From: Macrostomum lignano
Taxonomy: Eukaryota
NCBI GenBank assembly: GCA_002269645.1
Contig: NIVC01001760.1
Span: forward strand, 5,277 to 69,276
Length of the DNA: 64,000 bases
Direction of reading: 5' to 3'
The position numbers and the translations under genes were made by a program. Shown here piece after piece: positions 24,045-37,854 of the stretch. Under the pieces are notes generated by a model. It made no database searches, had not been told where the DNA came from, and saw nothing but the letters and a program-made list of their open reading frames with translations. Position 1 is the first letter of the stretch. Every line of letters starts with the position of its first letter.

Positions 24045-25729
24045 AATCTTCGGCCGAGTCGCACCAGTCTCCGGCAAAAAAGACAAAGCAACACCACCAC
24101 CAGCAGCACCAGCAGCCGGCGTTGCCATTCTCCATCGAGAGGCTGACTGGCGACCCGGAGCTCGCGTCGGCAATGCAGCGGCAGTCGGCTGCGCTCTCCT
24201 TTCCCAGGCCGCCGCCTCCGCCGCACCTGCCGCACCTGCCGCACCTGCCGCCGCCGCCACCGCCGAAAGCCGGCCTGCACTGGCCGTACAACTCGGAGCT
24301 GCACAGCCAGCAGCACTCGCCAATGTTCGCCGCAGCCTCGGCGGCCGAGCAGCGCTGCCGAGAGTTCGGCCACCCGCCCGTCCTGCCGCCGCCTGTGCCG
24401 CCGATTCCGCCGGCGCACTTCAACGACCAAGCGGCCGCGGCGGCGGCGGCGGCAGCGGCGGCGGCATCACTGTTTCCCTGCGGCCGGCCGCCCATCCTGC
24501 CGCTGCCGCTGCTCACCCAGCTGTACGCCAGCAGCATGGGCCTCCTCAACCTGCCGCTGTGGCCGCAACCGCCGCCGCCGCCGTCTCATTCAGTGGCGCC
24601 ACCGCTGCCGGCTGTTCCATCGGCTTCGCCGAGGTCAAGCCAGCAGGCGCCGCACCAGCTGCCGCCGCCGCCGTCGATGCCGCCGCAGCCTCTGCCGGCA
24701 CATAACAGCGGTCAGCATCGCCGCGCCGCTGCCATGGCGAGCCCGACTGGCCCCGCGGCCGCAGCGGCGTTGGCGGCGGCGGCTGCTGCTGCAGCCTCCA
24801 CTTCATCTGGAGCTTCGCTGTCTCAGCCTCCGCTGATTGCAGCACCCGCAGCAGCGGCGCCGGCGGCCGCTGTCGAGTCCCCGTCGAGCGGTCGACCTCG
24901 GCACAATCGGCGTCGCGACGCTGGCGCCTCGCCGTCGAACGCGAGCAGCGAGGACGCACCGGCTGGCGGAGGCGGCGGCCGCGGGAGCCACGCGCTGCCG
25001 TACCCGCTGCGCAAGAAGGACGGCAAGATGCACTACGAGTGCAACGTCTGCCTCAAGAGCTTCGGCCAGCTGTCCAACCTGAAGGTGCACCTGCGGACGC
25101 ACACGGGCGAGCGGCCGTTCAAATGCGACCTGTGCGACAAAGGCTTCACCCAGCTGGCGCACCTGCAGAAGCACAACCTGGTGCACACCGGGGAGAAGCC
25201 GCACGCCTGCTACGTCTGCCACAAGCGGTTCAGCAGCACCAGCAACCTGAAGACGCACATGCGGCTGCACAGCGGCGAAAAGCCGTTCAGCTGCAAACTG
25301 TGCCCAGCCAAGTTCACCCAGTTTGTGCACCTCAAGCTGCACAAGCGGCTGCACACCAACGAGCGACCGTTCGAGTGCCCGAAGTGCTGCAAAAAGTACA
25401 TCAGCGCCAGCGGCCTGAAAACGCATTGGCGCTCCGGTCCCTGCTTTGGCAGCGAGTTGGCCACGGATTTGAATTCCATTCTGAACTCGATTGTCACGGA
25501 CAGCAGCCTGGACAGCAGGGACAGCATCGAGTTCCGCTGCGAGGAACAGTACACCGAGGATGAGGCGGCTGCGGCGGCGGAGGCTGCGGCGGACGAAGTC
25601 GAAGACGATGAGGAGGCCGAAGCGGATGCTGATGAGGCCTACGTTGAGGTTGAGGAAGTTGAGGATTCTGCGGCAGGCGATGAAGCTGACTCGGTGATGG
25701 AGCAGCGGTTGGAAACTGCGAACGCTTGA
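24045..25729 (+). CDS. PRDM1: PRDM1/Blimp-1 last exon: Pro/Ala-rich region and five C2H2 zinc fingers
   Basis: Acceptor TTGGCAG|24045, phase 1; [34 protein letters not shown]...[10 protein letters not shown]...[10 protein letters not shown]...[17 protein letters not shown] is the diagnostic Blimp-1 finger array; TGA at 25727-25729. Confidence 0.96.
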
Positions 25730-25818
25730 AGCAGCCTTGACAGTTACTTTGATCCGAGCTTTATAGAATTCATTCTATACTAATCGAATACGGCCTTAGT
25801 CAGAGTTGTACGAAAGAG

Positions 25819-25824
25819 AATAAA
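25819..25824 (+). promoter_or_regulatory. Candidate polyadenylation signal of PRDM1
   Basis: AATAAA 90 nt after the stop codon. Confidence 0.45.
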
Positions 25825-27452
25825 GAACCCCCCCCCCCAAGAAGTTGCCCAATTATTTACTGATAGCGCGATCGTGTGCATTTCTTTCTGTTACAAAATT
25901 TGCATAAAAAACTGTGCATTGTGCCATTGCGAATGCAGCTTCACTCCCTCAGCCTTGCCTGACCCCCCCAGACAGCCCAAACTTCCCAAGCTTGTTGTCA
26001 ATTTCCCAATGAACACATTTGCCTATATTTATAATATATATCTTTTCAAACAAAATACAGTTGCAATTGTTGGAACATTTTATATTTTAGCAATTTTGTT
26101 ATAACGATAATTATTTGTTTGAATTAAAAAAAACACGAAATATCGCACAGCCTGAAAACCTGTTTTTTGCAGCTTGTCCTTAATATTGTTGTTATTATTA
26201 TTATTATTTATTAATACGATTGTCTAGAAGATTTTACGAACCGGGAGGAATGAAATAATCCCGGGGATTTGTTACTTTTAATCTGCCTTGCGTTTGAACC
26301 CTTAATATGTTTTCGTTGCTGGTCAAAACTGTTTATAAATGTGTGACAATTTGAGAATAAACATGAATTCGCTAGCAAATGCGACTTGGCCCAGAGATGT
26401 ACAGCTGCTTTATGCTCGGCGCTATATTTGAGAATCAAATTTTTCCTGTGTTTTGCTTCATTTTTTTATATTGATGTCCCCCATTTAGGTGCCGGATGTA
26501 GATTCCATATACGGGGATGATTTTTTTCGATGATTGCAGCGCACCTGCATTAATTATCTACAAACTCTAAATCTTTTAATAACTCCCACTGGCTCAGTAC
26601 GATCTCAATTCCCAAATCGGACTCCCCATTCCTAATGAAAAAAGGAGAGTTGGAGACAACTCGAACTGGAAAATGGCGCGGATTAGCGGAGGATTAAGAC
26701 AGACAAAAGATCCCTAAACCGTTTCAAAGGCCACTTGCTTCCAGCTCCATGGAGAGGGAATTTAACTCTGTCATTTTTTTCCTTTCTTCCCCCAGTCCAG
26801 CTGTTGAACGGGGATTATTGTAACTCCGTCTGGGAAGGTGCAGCAAAATAATATTTTATTTCCCTTTTTCTTCTCCTCCCAGTCTGTTTCTAAGAATGCT
26901 GTTGTGCAGTTTGAGGAAGCCTTCATATTAACTACACATAGTCTCCCAACCCCCATGGAAGACGCAGAAACCGCGGGACAAAAAAGAGAGAAGGGAAAGG
27001 AGGCCCCCCCTCCCTGCCCCGAGTCCTTCTCACTTTTCCGCTCGCACTGGCTGGCTGGTGGTGGGGCGCGCGGCGCTCTGTCAAGCCATATATATTAATA
27101 TGCTCTTTCTGTCGGACTTGAAATCCAGCCAGTGCGTGTCACCTGTCAGCAGATCCCTCCTACTAGACTCTCCTCTCCAATATTTCTCCTGTCTTTTTAT
27201 TTTTGTTGCAAAATAAGTGACTCCCGTCGCTTATGGCTGGGGGGGAATGGCTTAAGCCGCTCCGCCAAGCCCTCACGATCCCCAACTCTACCGCACACAC
27301 ACATGAAAGATTAAATCCCGCCTCAGATAGAGAGAGAGAGAGAGAGAACAAATAACTATAAAAGGCAATTCCTCCGGGAGCTCTGACAGAGACTAATTGA
27401 TCCTGTTGCTTTGAGAAACTCACCATAGCTGTCTCCCCGCTGCTGCCGCCGC

Positions 27453-27503
<51 letters not shown>

Positions 27504-27744
27504 GTCTCCCTTGCTTTGCGGCGCCAGCTTGCAGGCCTTTTGCCTGTTGTTGCCTTTCTAACTTCCCGTGAAGCTCGCGAGTAGGGAACCAGCCCGCATA
27601 CGGATCTATCAGCAATGCTTTATGGCCCATTGATCGAAAAACTTTATCCAAGCAGGGGTTGGCGGCTGGTGCTGTTGGTTAAGCAGAAATTGAAACGGTC
27701 TTTAGAATTTGAAATTCGTTATGCGGCTCTGCTTCCTGACAAGG

Positions 27745-28056
27745 TGTGTCTCACTGTGCCTCAGTGTGTCTCTACTCAGCCTCAATGTGTCTCACTGTGC
27801 CTCAGTGTGTCTCTACTCAGCCTCAATGTGTCTCACTGTGCCTCAGTGTGTCTCTACTCAGCCTCAATGTGTCTCACTGTGCCTCAGTGTGTCTCTACTC
27901 AGCCTCAATGTGTCTCACTGTGCCTCAGTGTGTCTCTACTCAGCCTCAATGTGTCTCACTGTGCCTCAGTGTGTCTCTACTCAGCCTCAATGTGTCTCAC
28001 TGTGCCTCAGTGTGTCTCTACTCAGCCTCGATGTGTCTCACTGTGCCTCAGTGTGT
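27745..28056. repeat. 41-bp minisatellite
   Basis: Unit TGTGTCTCACTGTGCCTCAGTGTGTCTCTACTCAGCCTCAA, about 7.5 copies. Confidence 0.95.
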
Positions 28057-28455
28057 GTAATGCCCCTCAAACTGTCTGTAATGCCCCTCAAACTGTCTAT
28101 AATGCCCCTCAAACTGTCTATAATGCCCCTCAAACTGTCTGTAATGCCCCTCAAACTGTCTGTAATGCCCCTCAAACAGTCTGTAATGCCCCTCAAACTG
28201 TCTGTAATGCCCCTCAAACTGTCTGTAATGCCCCTCAAACAGTCTGTAATGCCCCTCAAACTGTCTGTAATGGCCCTCAAACTGTCTGTAATGCCCCTCA
28301 AACTGTCTGTAATGCCACTCAAACTGTCCGTAATGCCCCTCAAACTGTCTGTAATGCCCATCAAACTGTCCGTAATGCCCCTCAAACTGTCTGTAATGCC
28401 ACTCAAACTGTCCGTAATGCCCCTCAAACTGTCTGTAATGCCCATCAAACTGTCT
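28056..28455. repeat. 21-bp minisatellite (TGTAATGCCCCTCAAACTGTC)n
   Basis: About 19 units directly abutting the 41-bp array. Confidence 0.95.
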
Positions 28456-29579
28456 ATTACATGTAGAGCCTTCAAAACACACCATAAAACCAACAAAATG
28501 AATGTTTCGAAACTCCAGTCCTTAGAATCCCCAATCCCCGTGTTCTCACTGAAGTTGCTACCCTACTTTATCTCCCTATTTAAGTTGGCTGTTGTGGCTC
28601 AGCCTTCTCCTTCATCTTCGTGACACCTCCCAAAAATCTGAGCACGATGACGCCGAGAGGATGCCAGCCAAACAAAAATTCATTGTTAAAAAATTATGCT
28701 TCAATAGAAAGTCAGCGCCTCGCGCAACCCCTCAAGCATTGTCGGCTTCAGTTGGGGAGAAGCAGCTTATTCCGCATTGGCCCATAGAAAACTGGCGCTG
28801 AGCTCCTCAGCTTGTTCTGATCAGCGAGGACAGCAACGGCATGGCAAAAGGCAGCGCATCCGCCACGGATCTCTTCTCTCTAACCCTAACATGTCTTCTT
28901 CTTCTAGTTCCCATTGTATTCCTCTACACCGTTTGCTTTCTTTTGGACCCTGCATCCTTGTTATACAATGAAGATTATTATGTTAGACCTGAACAAAAAT
29001 TAGCAAGTAAAATACCTGCACACACACACCTGGCTCCTTTGTCCGCCAGCCAAGTCTGCTCCACCCACCGGTCTCCGCTTCTGATTCAGACAGCCATATT
29101 CAGCAGACTTGTGTGTTTACTCTTGCCACCGGAACTGCTGCCGCAGGCGGCACCGCGGAATGGGGAGGGGGTTGCCAGCGGAAGACCATCGAGGGGATCC
29201 GGGACGCATCCTCCCAGCTCCGCCCCTGTCGCCAAGGAGGATGGATGGAGCAATCAGACAAGAAATAGTCGAGAGCAGCTTCTGGGTCGGGTCTGTGGCT
29301 GGCTGTGTCGCTTCCGTGGTGTTTTTTTCCCTGCCGCAATTTCTTATTGTTGAGGTCCTAATAACCTGGAGGCAATGGGGACCACGATAACTGCTCCCAA
29401 GAGAGCGCCAGAAGCTCAAATTCAAGTTTTTATTCCGTTTTTTCAACGCTTCTTTTCGTTTTCTTTTCATTTTTTTTAATTTTCAAGCGAAGTGCAGTTG
29501 CTGATTGTTTCTGTTGATGGACAGGTGGAGTTCCCAGCAAAGGTCTCAGCAATGGTAGGGTCTGTCAAACAGGAAGCAA

Positions 29580-29930
29580 TAAGAGATTAAGAGATAGAGA
29601 GGAGAGATGAAGTGAGAGAGGAGAGATTAAGAGAGCGGAGAGATGGAGGGAGAAGGGAGAGGAGAGATTAAGGGAGAGGAGAGATTAAGGGAGAGGAGAG
29701 ATTAAGGGAGAGGAGAGAAGAAAGGAGAGGAAAGAAGAAAGGAGAGGAGAGATTAAGGTAGAGGTGAAATGAAGGGAGAGGAGAGATTAAGGGAGAGGTG
29801 AAATGAAGGGAGAGGAGAGATTAAGGGAGAGGAGAGATTAAGGGAGATGGGGGAGAGTTGATAGGGAGGGAGATGAGAGAAGGGAGTGAGGAGAGATAGA
29901 AGAGAGATTACAGAGCAAGAAAAGAGTGAA
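29580..29930. repeat. GA-rich low-complexity tract (GAGGAGAGATTAAGGGA-type units)
   Basis: Degenerate purine-rich repeats. Confidence 0.8.
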
Positions 29931-31881
29931 TGGAGTTCAGAGACAGCTGACTCAAATCAAGAGCAAAGCAGTCTTTAAATTCCTTAACGATAAAGAAGAG
30001 GATTTGCAGCAATATAATTTAATCTCAGGCCCCAATCTTGTGTTCAGATAGGGGATGACGAAATTCTTGGCAAGCCCGTGTCAAATCCATTGCGCACGTG
30101 CCAGCAGAAAAGAGACTGCGAGATGAATAAAGGAGAGCGGCATCAGATAGAATAAGTTATGCTTCTTCCTCGGGCAAGGAAACTTGCAAAACAAACGGAT
30201 TTCCTGGCAAAACCAGAGAAGCAAATCCTTTGTGCGAGTCGCCCCATTGTTCTTGCAAAATTTATTATTATACAGAATTCAAGTGCTTCTGTCTTCTTCT
30301 TCTTTCTGTATACAGTCTCTTTCCCGTCTTTCGAATTGAGCTCCGACTCAAGAGAGCCGCTTTGCCACCGGCGGTCGGCTCCTCTGGAGCGCAACAAAAA
30401 TAGCAATCAGTACCGCCTTGAAGCAACTTTGCGGGAAATCTTCTCTGCGACAAAGCAAGACAGAAGAATACTCAATGCCATTGTCCCCCCCCAAGGGCAA
30501 AGTTGAGGCACAAAACTGCTCCATTCGTTCTCAAACAGGGCCAAGTGTCTTTTGTTTGATGAAGCAGAACTGCATCTCGCACCACTGTCGCAATCTAATC
30601 AAGATCTACCAACTAATTGTGTTGCAGAAACTGTTCCTGATTGCTTGACAAATTGTATACAGTATGGCCAAACCGTAGTTGAGTTGCCATTATTTTTAGT
30701 TCAACAATCAAAATCCACCCCAACTTTCCCAAGACCCATCATCGCGGACCATGGGGCTCATCGTTGAATGCAAATTAGCCGGCTTAGTGCGCGCAACCGT
30801 TTCCCTCGTCTCATTTCTTGACAGGTGCCAACCGACGAATCAATTTCAGTCCATATTAAACAAAGCCAGAGAGTTTTGGTCAATTATAATCAAATTTAGC
30901 GACAATGGGTGAAGCGGCCGGTCAGTCTCACGGTCAGAAGGGAACTCTGTGAGTAGGCCCAGCAGAGACAGCAGAGACTCCAGTAGCTGTCCGAGTCAAC
31001 TCAACTGGAAAATTGCCCACCCCCCATGGTGCAGCCCCCCCCCCAGATCTGCCGGGCAAGTTCGGATCTCACTCGGAAGGAGACGTCAAAACCCAGGGTT
31101 CCTCAGGGGGGACTCAGTGAGCCCGGGGGTTTAGGGACCAGCCGCAAGAGTCTTCTTACTCAAGCTCAAACTCAGAAATCGAGCGAGAGGATATTGAGCT
31201 CGCGTATATTTTTTGGAGTCCAGCTGACTGCGAGACCCTCGCAGCAACATGCACGCACGCCATAGTGAAAGGACAGGGCAAGTCTCAATGAAAGTCAAGC
31301 CTTGAGGAGGCCACTGAGCGACATTATTTTCCTTTCTAGAACTATGAACACGCACCCGATGAAGGCTGGGAAGTATTGGGCAGGAAGCTGACTCCATCAT
31401 CCCTTGCTTATTATATTTTTATAAACAGTCTTATTATAACGGTATGCGTAATAAACTGAATGTAAACCATTTCAACAGGATTAGGTTGATCCGCACCTGA
31501 GCTATAGGTCGCTTGATTAACTAAAGCGAGGACGCGGACTCCTCTGCCTGGTTGCTGGACAGAGGCAGCTGTGACCTAGCGGATTGCGCCTTTATAGTTG
31601 AGCAATTTTTTATTATTTGCTACGCTTCTTGGCCTCGAATTCCTACCTCCCTTGTCCGCTGAGTGCTAGGAGGATCTGCAATTTAATGCAGGTGATTGCC
31701 AACCTTGATTTCACAGTCATTTCAAACGGAAGTCATTCGGGTCTTTGAGAGATCAAAGTTAGAGAGGAGTTGGAGTTGGATTCCATGCCAGTTTGATGCG
31801 GGTTGAGAGCAGAAGGAAACAAGTTCACGCAATTCTACTGTTCACGGGCTGTGATCATGTGAACAGCTGGAGATTCAGAGA

Positions 31882-32481
31882 CTAGATCATCACTTAGACT
31901 AGCTCATCACTGAGACTAGCTGATCACTGAGACTAGATCATCACTGAGACTAGATCATCACTGAGACCAGATCATCACTGAGACTAGATCATCACTGAGA
32001 CTAGATCATCACTGAGACCAGATCATCACTGAGACTAGATCATCACTGAGACTAGATCATCACTGAGACTAGATCATCACTGAGACCAGATCATCACTGA
32101 GACTAGATCATCACTGAGACTAGATCATCACTGAGACTAGATCATCACTGAGACTAGATCATCACTGAGACTAGATCATCACTGAGACTAGATCATCACT
32201 GAGACTAGATCATCACTGAGACTAGATCATCACTGAGACTAGATCATCACTGAGACTAGATCATCACTGAGACTAGATCATCACTGAGACTAGATCATCA
32301 CTGAGACTAGATCATCACTGAGACTAGATCATCACTGAGACTAGATCATCACTGAGACTAGATCATCACTGAGACTAGATCATCACTGAGACTAGATCAT
32401 CACTGAGACTAGATCATCACTGAGACTAGATCATCACTGAGACTAGATCATCACTGAGACTAGATCATCACTGAGACCAGA
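31882..32481. repeat. 17-bp minisatellite (CTAGATCATCACTGAGA)n
   Basis: About 35 tandem units. Confidence 0.97.
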
Positions 32482-33531
32482 TACTAATAAAAACAACTTA
32501 TACCTTACTTATCAAACAATGCAAAAGCGATCTTCTAATCCCGTCTCCTTGCAAGCTCAAAACCCACGGGGTTCCGCCCGGACCCCCTGTTGAGCTGAAC
32601 TGAGCGGCCCAGGTACGCACACCGCTTCGGCAGCTAAACGCATGTTCGCAGCTCCTTATGGTTTCAACCGGGGCTGCGAGAGTTGCCGATGAGCCGTGGA
32701 TAATGGTTACCCGACACTCGAATCCCAAACACCCCGCGGAGGCGAACAGGAGCGGCCAACCCCCACAGAGTTAAATAGCCCCTGCTTGGGACAAAACAAA
32801 ACATAATTCCATGTGTCTCCAGTTTCCTTGCACGCCGCGGTAAGCAGGCGCGGCTGTCTCAGACGGCTAGGCAAGACCAGAGAGATGCACTGTGAAGTCA
32901 AGCGGGTGCAAATGGCGGGCTTGGTACAATTTTCAAGCCTCACACCTGACCAAGTCTAGCCTGGGGGGCTGTTGGTGTCTGTTGTTAGCTAACAGCCTGG
33001 GTTGGCAACTCTGTCTGCGCGCACCGGGTCCGGAACGCCAGCAAAATTATCATAGTATGCAAATATGATAGAGAATAACCACTATAAATTAAAGTTTTTT
33101 TTATACTATACAATAATCTTTTTTATTTCGACGCGAACTCCCCCACCCACAAACCCGAGTCTTCGGAGGCAACCTGGGCCATAGATATATGATTAATAAA
33201 TCAATAGGTGCCTTACACAGGCTTGCCAACTGTCGCGTTCGACTCCACTGTTCTGTTTTTGTTAGTCAGTTTGTTGCGAAGTGTCAGTGCGATCGGGCTT
33301 TTTGCCGCCTGCCACTGGTGCGACCGGGAATTATTCATGGGCTGGTGGGGATAATAAATGACGGGCACCGTTCGCGGAGGTGAGACCTGGCTTTGACTTT
33401 GACGTTAGGATAAGAATGTGAAGAATGAATTGAATTTGTTTTCACCGAGCTTAATTAAACCGGATATTCCAGGTGGCGTCTGAGCTTAAAGACATTCGCG
33501 AGAATGGGAGATATGGCGTGTCATATCGGAA

Positions 33532-34094
<563 letters not shown>

Positions 34095-34989
34095 GAATGC
34101 AGCTGGGCAGCGTGAAAGAGGTGAAATGAAATGATTTATATTTATGCGCCCAAGCGTTTTCTGCACTGCTCGAGCAGCTTATTGTCTCTTTTTTATCTCT
34201 CATTTCTTTTCCGAGCTGCAGAGTCACAGATGAAATGGCTGAGCAACCCTCGGAGGCTGAGACCTAAGCGCGGAGGGAAAGTGTCTCCTGGGAGGGAGGG
34301 CGTTGCTGCCAGAACAAGACTCGAGGGTCCGACGGCCTTCATACGGCCGAGAGAGCAGCAGAGAGGCTGTCAGTCCCCATTGTCCGTCTCTCCATCTCTG
34401 CTTTCCATTTTCTATTTCAATTTTCCATCGCTTCGTCTCTCATTTAACAGCGCTGAGCAAGCAGCATCTCAGCGGCATCATTGTCCGCAGCTATCAAAGC
34501 GTGCAAAGTGCTGCCTGAGAATTCGATATCACCTGGAGAAGTGTTGGGCCTCTTTAGCGAAACTGGCCTTTAACGATCCTCGGTTACAATGCGGCTCAGG
34601 TTGTTTCTGCTGTGTGAGAAACTTGCAGGTGAATCGAGTGAGAAGGTGGAGCCTCAATTCAATTCTTCACAGTGTCGATGTTTGTGAGAGCTCTCGAGTA
34701 CAATAGAAGTTTTATTTAATGAAATTGTCACTTTTATTTACCACTTTTAGCTGAGAGAAAATGGGCAATGGCGGGCCGGGCCAGCCAATTTAAAATAATA
34801 AGATTGATGGAGTGAGCTGTGACACTGGAGAGAACTGCGGCGTGCAAGGGGCAATAGACAGGCTTAGCCAGGGAAAGAGAAATGTAGGGTAGTCAGCAGC
34901 GGGAGAGTTGCGATAGAAACAGGAAAGGTCAGACCGGGATGGGAATTGACAGAAATGGGAAGAGCAAGATGACAGAAAGTGAAAAAGGC

Positions 34990-35174
34990 TAAGAGAGTGA
35001 GACAGAGAGTGAGAGTGAGTGAGAGAGTGAGAGAGCGAGCGGGTGAGAGAGAGGGTGAGAGAGAGAGAGAGAGAGAGAGAAAGAGTGAGTGATAGAATGA
35101 GAGAGTGCGAGAGAGTGATAGAGTGATAGAGTGATAGAGTGAGAGAGTGAGAGAGAGTGGGAAAGTGAGAGAGA

Positions 35175-35216
<42 letters not shown>

Positions 35217-35359
35217 GGCGCCTCCTATCTCGGGCACTGACACGGTAGAAAGTCAGAAAGGACTGAAAAAAGTCAATTTAAATTGAGTAGCCGATATTTC
35301 CGATAGTGAGAAAGTGAGAGAGAGGGTGAGAGAGTGAGAGAGTGAGATAGTGAAAGAGA

Positions 35360-35395
<36 letters not shown>

Positions 35396-35960
35396 GAGAG
35401 AGGGTGAGAGAGAGAGTGAGAGAGAGAAAGAGAGAGAGAGTGGGAGAGTAGGAGAGTGAGAGAGTGAGAGAGTGAGAGAGTGAGAGAGTGAGAGAGTGAG
35501 AGAGTGAGAGAGTGAGAGAGTGAGAGAGTGAGAGAGTGAGAGAGTGAGAGAGAGAGAGTGAGAGAGTGAGAGAGAGAGAGAGAGAGAGGTGAGAGTGAGA
35601 GAGTGAGAGAGTGAGAGAGTGAGAGAGTGAGAGAGTGAGAGAGTGAGAGTGAGAGAGTGAGAGAGTGTGAGAGTGAGAGAGTGAGAGTGAGAGAGTGAAA
35701 GAGAGAGAGAGAAGAAGGAGAGTGAGAGAGGAGAGAGTGAGAGAGTGAGAGAGTGAGAGAGTGAGAGAGTGAGACAGGTCAGAGATGAGAGAGTGAGAGA
35801 GTGAGAGAGTGAGAGAGTGAGAGAGTGAGAGAGAGAGAGTAGAGATCGAGAGAAGAAGAAATGAATTAGAACAGAGTGAGAGAGTGAGAGAGTGAGAGAG
35901 TGAGAGAGTGAGAGACACTGAGAGAGAGCCTGAGAGTGTGAGAGTGAGAGAGTGAGAGTG
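34990..35960. repeat. (GAGA/GAGT)n microsatellite block
   Basis: Degenerate AG and GAGAGTGA repeats. Confidence 0.92.
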
Positions 35961-36369
35961 AGCCAGAGTGACACACGAGACATCATCAAAAACAATCCAA
36001 TGCAGGAAAGTCTGCTAAAAGAAATAAAAACTCTGACAATGGCAGACAGGTCATATCTATCCACAATGAGAGCTCGCCACTTCCCCACCGCATGCTGCGA
36101 TCGAGAACCGAAATTTCTGAATTAGAACCCCGGCCCAATGACAATTGAGAGACAGAGAGAGAGCCTGCAAGCTGACAGGGCTCGACAAGTACGGCCTAGA
36201 AGAGGCTGCGAATACTCGAACTGGGGCCGGGATTTGCCTAATTACTCATATCGTTAAACTATGGAGTGCAGTTGAGTACTGAGAGACAGCCGGCTGCCGT
36301 GTGTCTCGGCGTGCTGGCTTCAGCTTTGCTGTAACTCTGCCCGTCACCTGCTGTCATGGCTGTCGTGAA

Positions 36370-37200
36370 GGGAGATGGAATAGAGAGTGAAGGGAGAGTG
36401 AAGGGAGAGTGAAGGGAGAGTGCATGGAGAGTGAAAGAGAGTGAAAGGAGAGTGAAGGGAGAGTGAATGGAGAGTGAAGGGAGAGTGAAGGGACTGTGAA
36501 GGGACTGTGAAGGGACTGTGAAGGGATTGTGAAGGGACTGTGAAAGGACTGTAAAAGGAATTTGAATGGAGAATGAAGGAAGAGTGAGAATAGAGAGTGA
36601 AGGGAGAGTGAATAGAGAGTGAAAGGAGAGTGAAGGGAGAGTGAAAGGAGAGTGAATAGAGAGTGAAGGGAGAGTGAATAGAGAGTGAAAGGAGAGTGAA
36701 GGGAGAGTGAAAGGAGAGTGAATAGAGAGTGAAGGGAGAGTGAAAGGAGAGTGAAGGGAGAGTGAATAGAGAGTGAAGGGAGAGTGAATAGAGAGTGAAT
36801 AGAGAGTGAAGGGAGAGTGAATAGGGAGTGAAAGGAGAGTGAAAGGAGAGTGAAGGGAGAGTGAATAGAGAGTGAAGGGAGAGTGAAAGGAGAGTGAAGG
36901 GAGAGTGAATAGAGAGTGAAAGGAGAGTGAAAGGAGAGTGAAGGGAGAGTGAAGGGAGAGTGAATAGAGAGTGAAGGGAGAGTGAAGGGAGAGTGAAGAG
37001 AGAGTGTGAAGAGAGTGAATGGAGAGTGAATAGAGAGTGAAGGGGAGTGAAGGGAGAGTGAAGGGACTGTGAAGGGACTGTGAAGGGACTGTGAAGGGAC
37101 TGTAAAAGGAGTTTGAATGGAGAATGAAGGAAGAGTGAGAATAGAGAGTGGAGGGAGAGTGAAGGGAGAGTGAACAGAGTGAAGAGAGAGTGAAATGAAA
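36370..37200. repeat. ~11-bp purine-rich minisatellite (GAGAGTGAAGG/GAGAGTGAATA)n
   Basis: Tandem variant units. Confidence 0.92.
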
Positions 37201-37854
37201 AGAAGGGTGATGAGCAGGTATCTCAGCAGGGCCCCATAGAATGCAATGAATTGAAGCAACCTGAAAGTTATTAAACGAGAGCTGCTATGCCGAGCTGAAG
37301 AGGGGATACCGGATCCAGTTAGAAAAACTATTGGAAATAATAAACTGAACAAATAAGTCAGTGACTGAGCTGGCTGTGATAAATGAGAATGCAGTGCATG
37401 ACGCTGGTTGAGTCACGAGCCGACACCAACAAAAAACAGAATCACCAGAATCCGGCGATGTAGCGAATTGAGATTCACTTAGAGAAGTTTGTCTTGTCAT
37501 CTTCTGCCTCCCTGTCTGTCTTGACACGCGAGAAAATAAAAAAGCCGCTGCATCCCCCGGTACCTGGCTAAGCTGGAAGTGAATAGAAGAGGATTCTGCC
37601 TTCCAGCCTCCCACACGATGTCGCGCCCCGCACTGCTTAAGAGTGAAAAAAGTGACGGAGAAGCGCAGAAGAGACAAAGTGAGCTCCGCGTGGCGCCCCA
37701 GAAGAAGAAGAAAAACACGGCAGAGAAAAAGCACCCCGTTGGAGCCGGGAAAGTCTGCTGTTATAAAAAATGAGCAACTACTTCTCAAATTCTTCAAACC
37801 AACAAACCCTTACGTTGCATCTGGGGCCCTGATTTTTGAGACACAAATCCTGCG

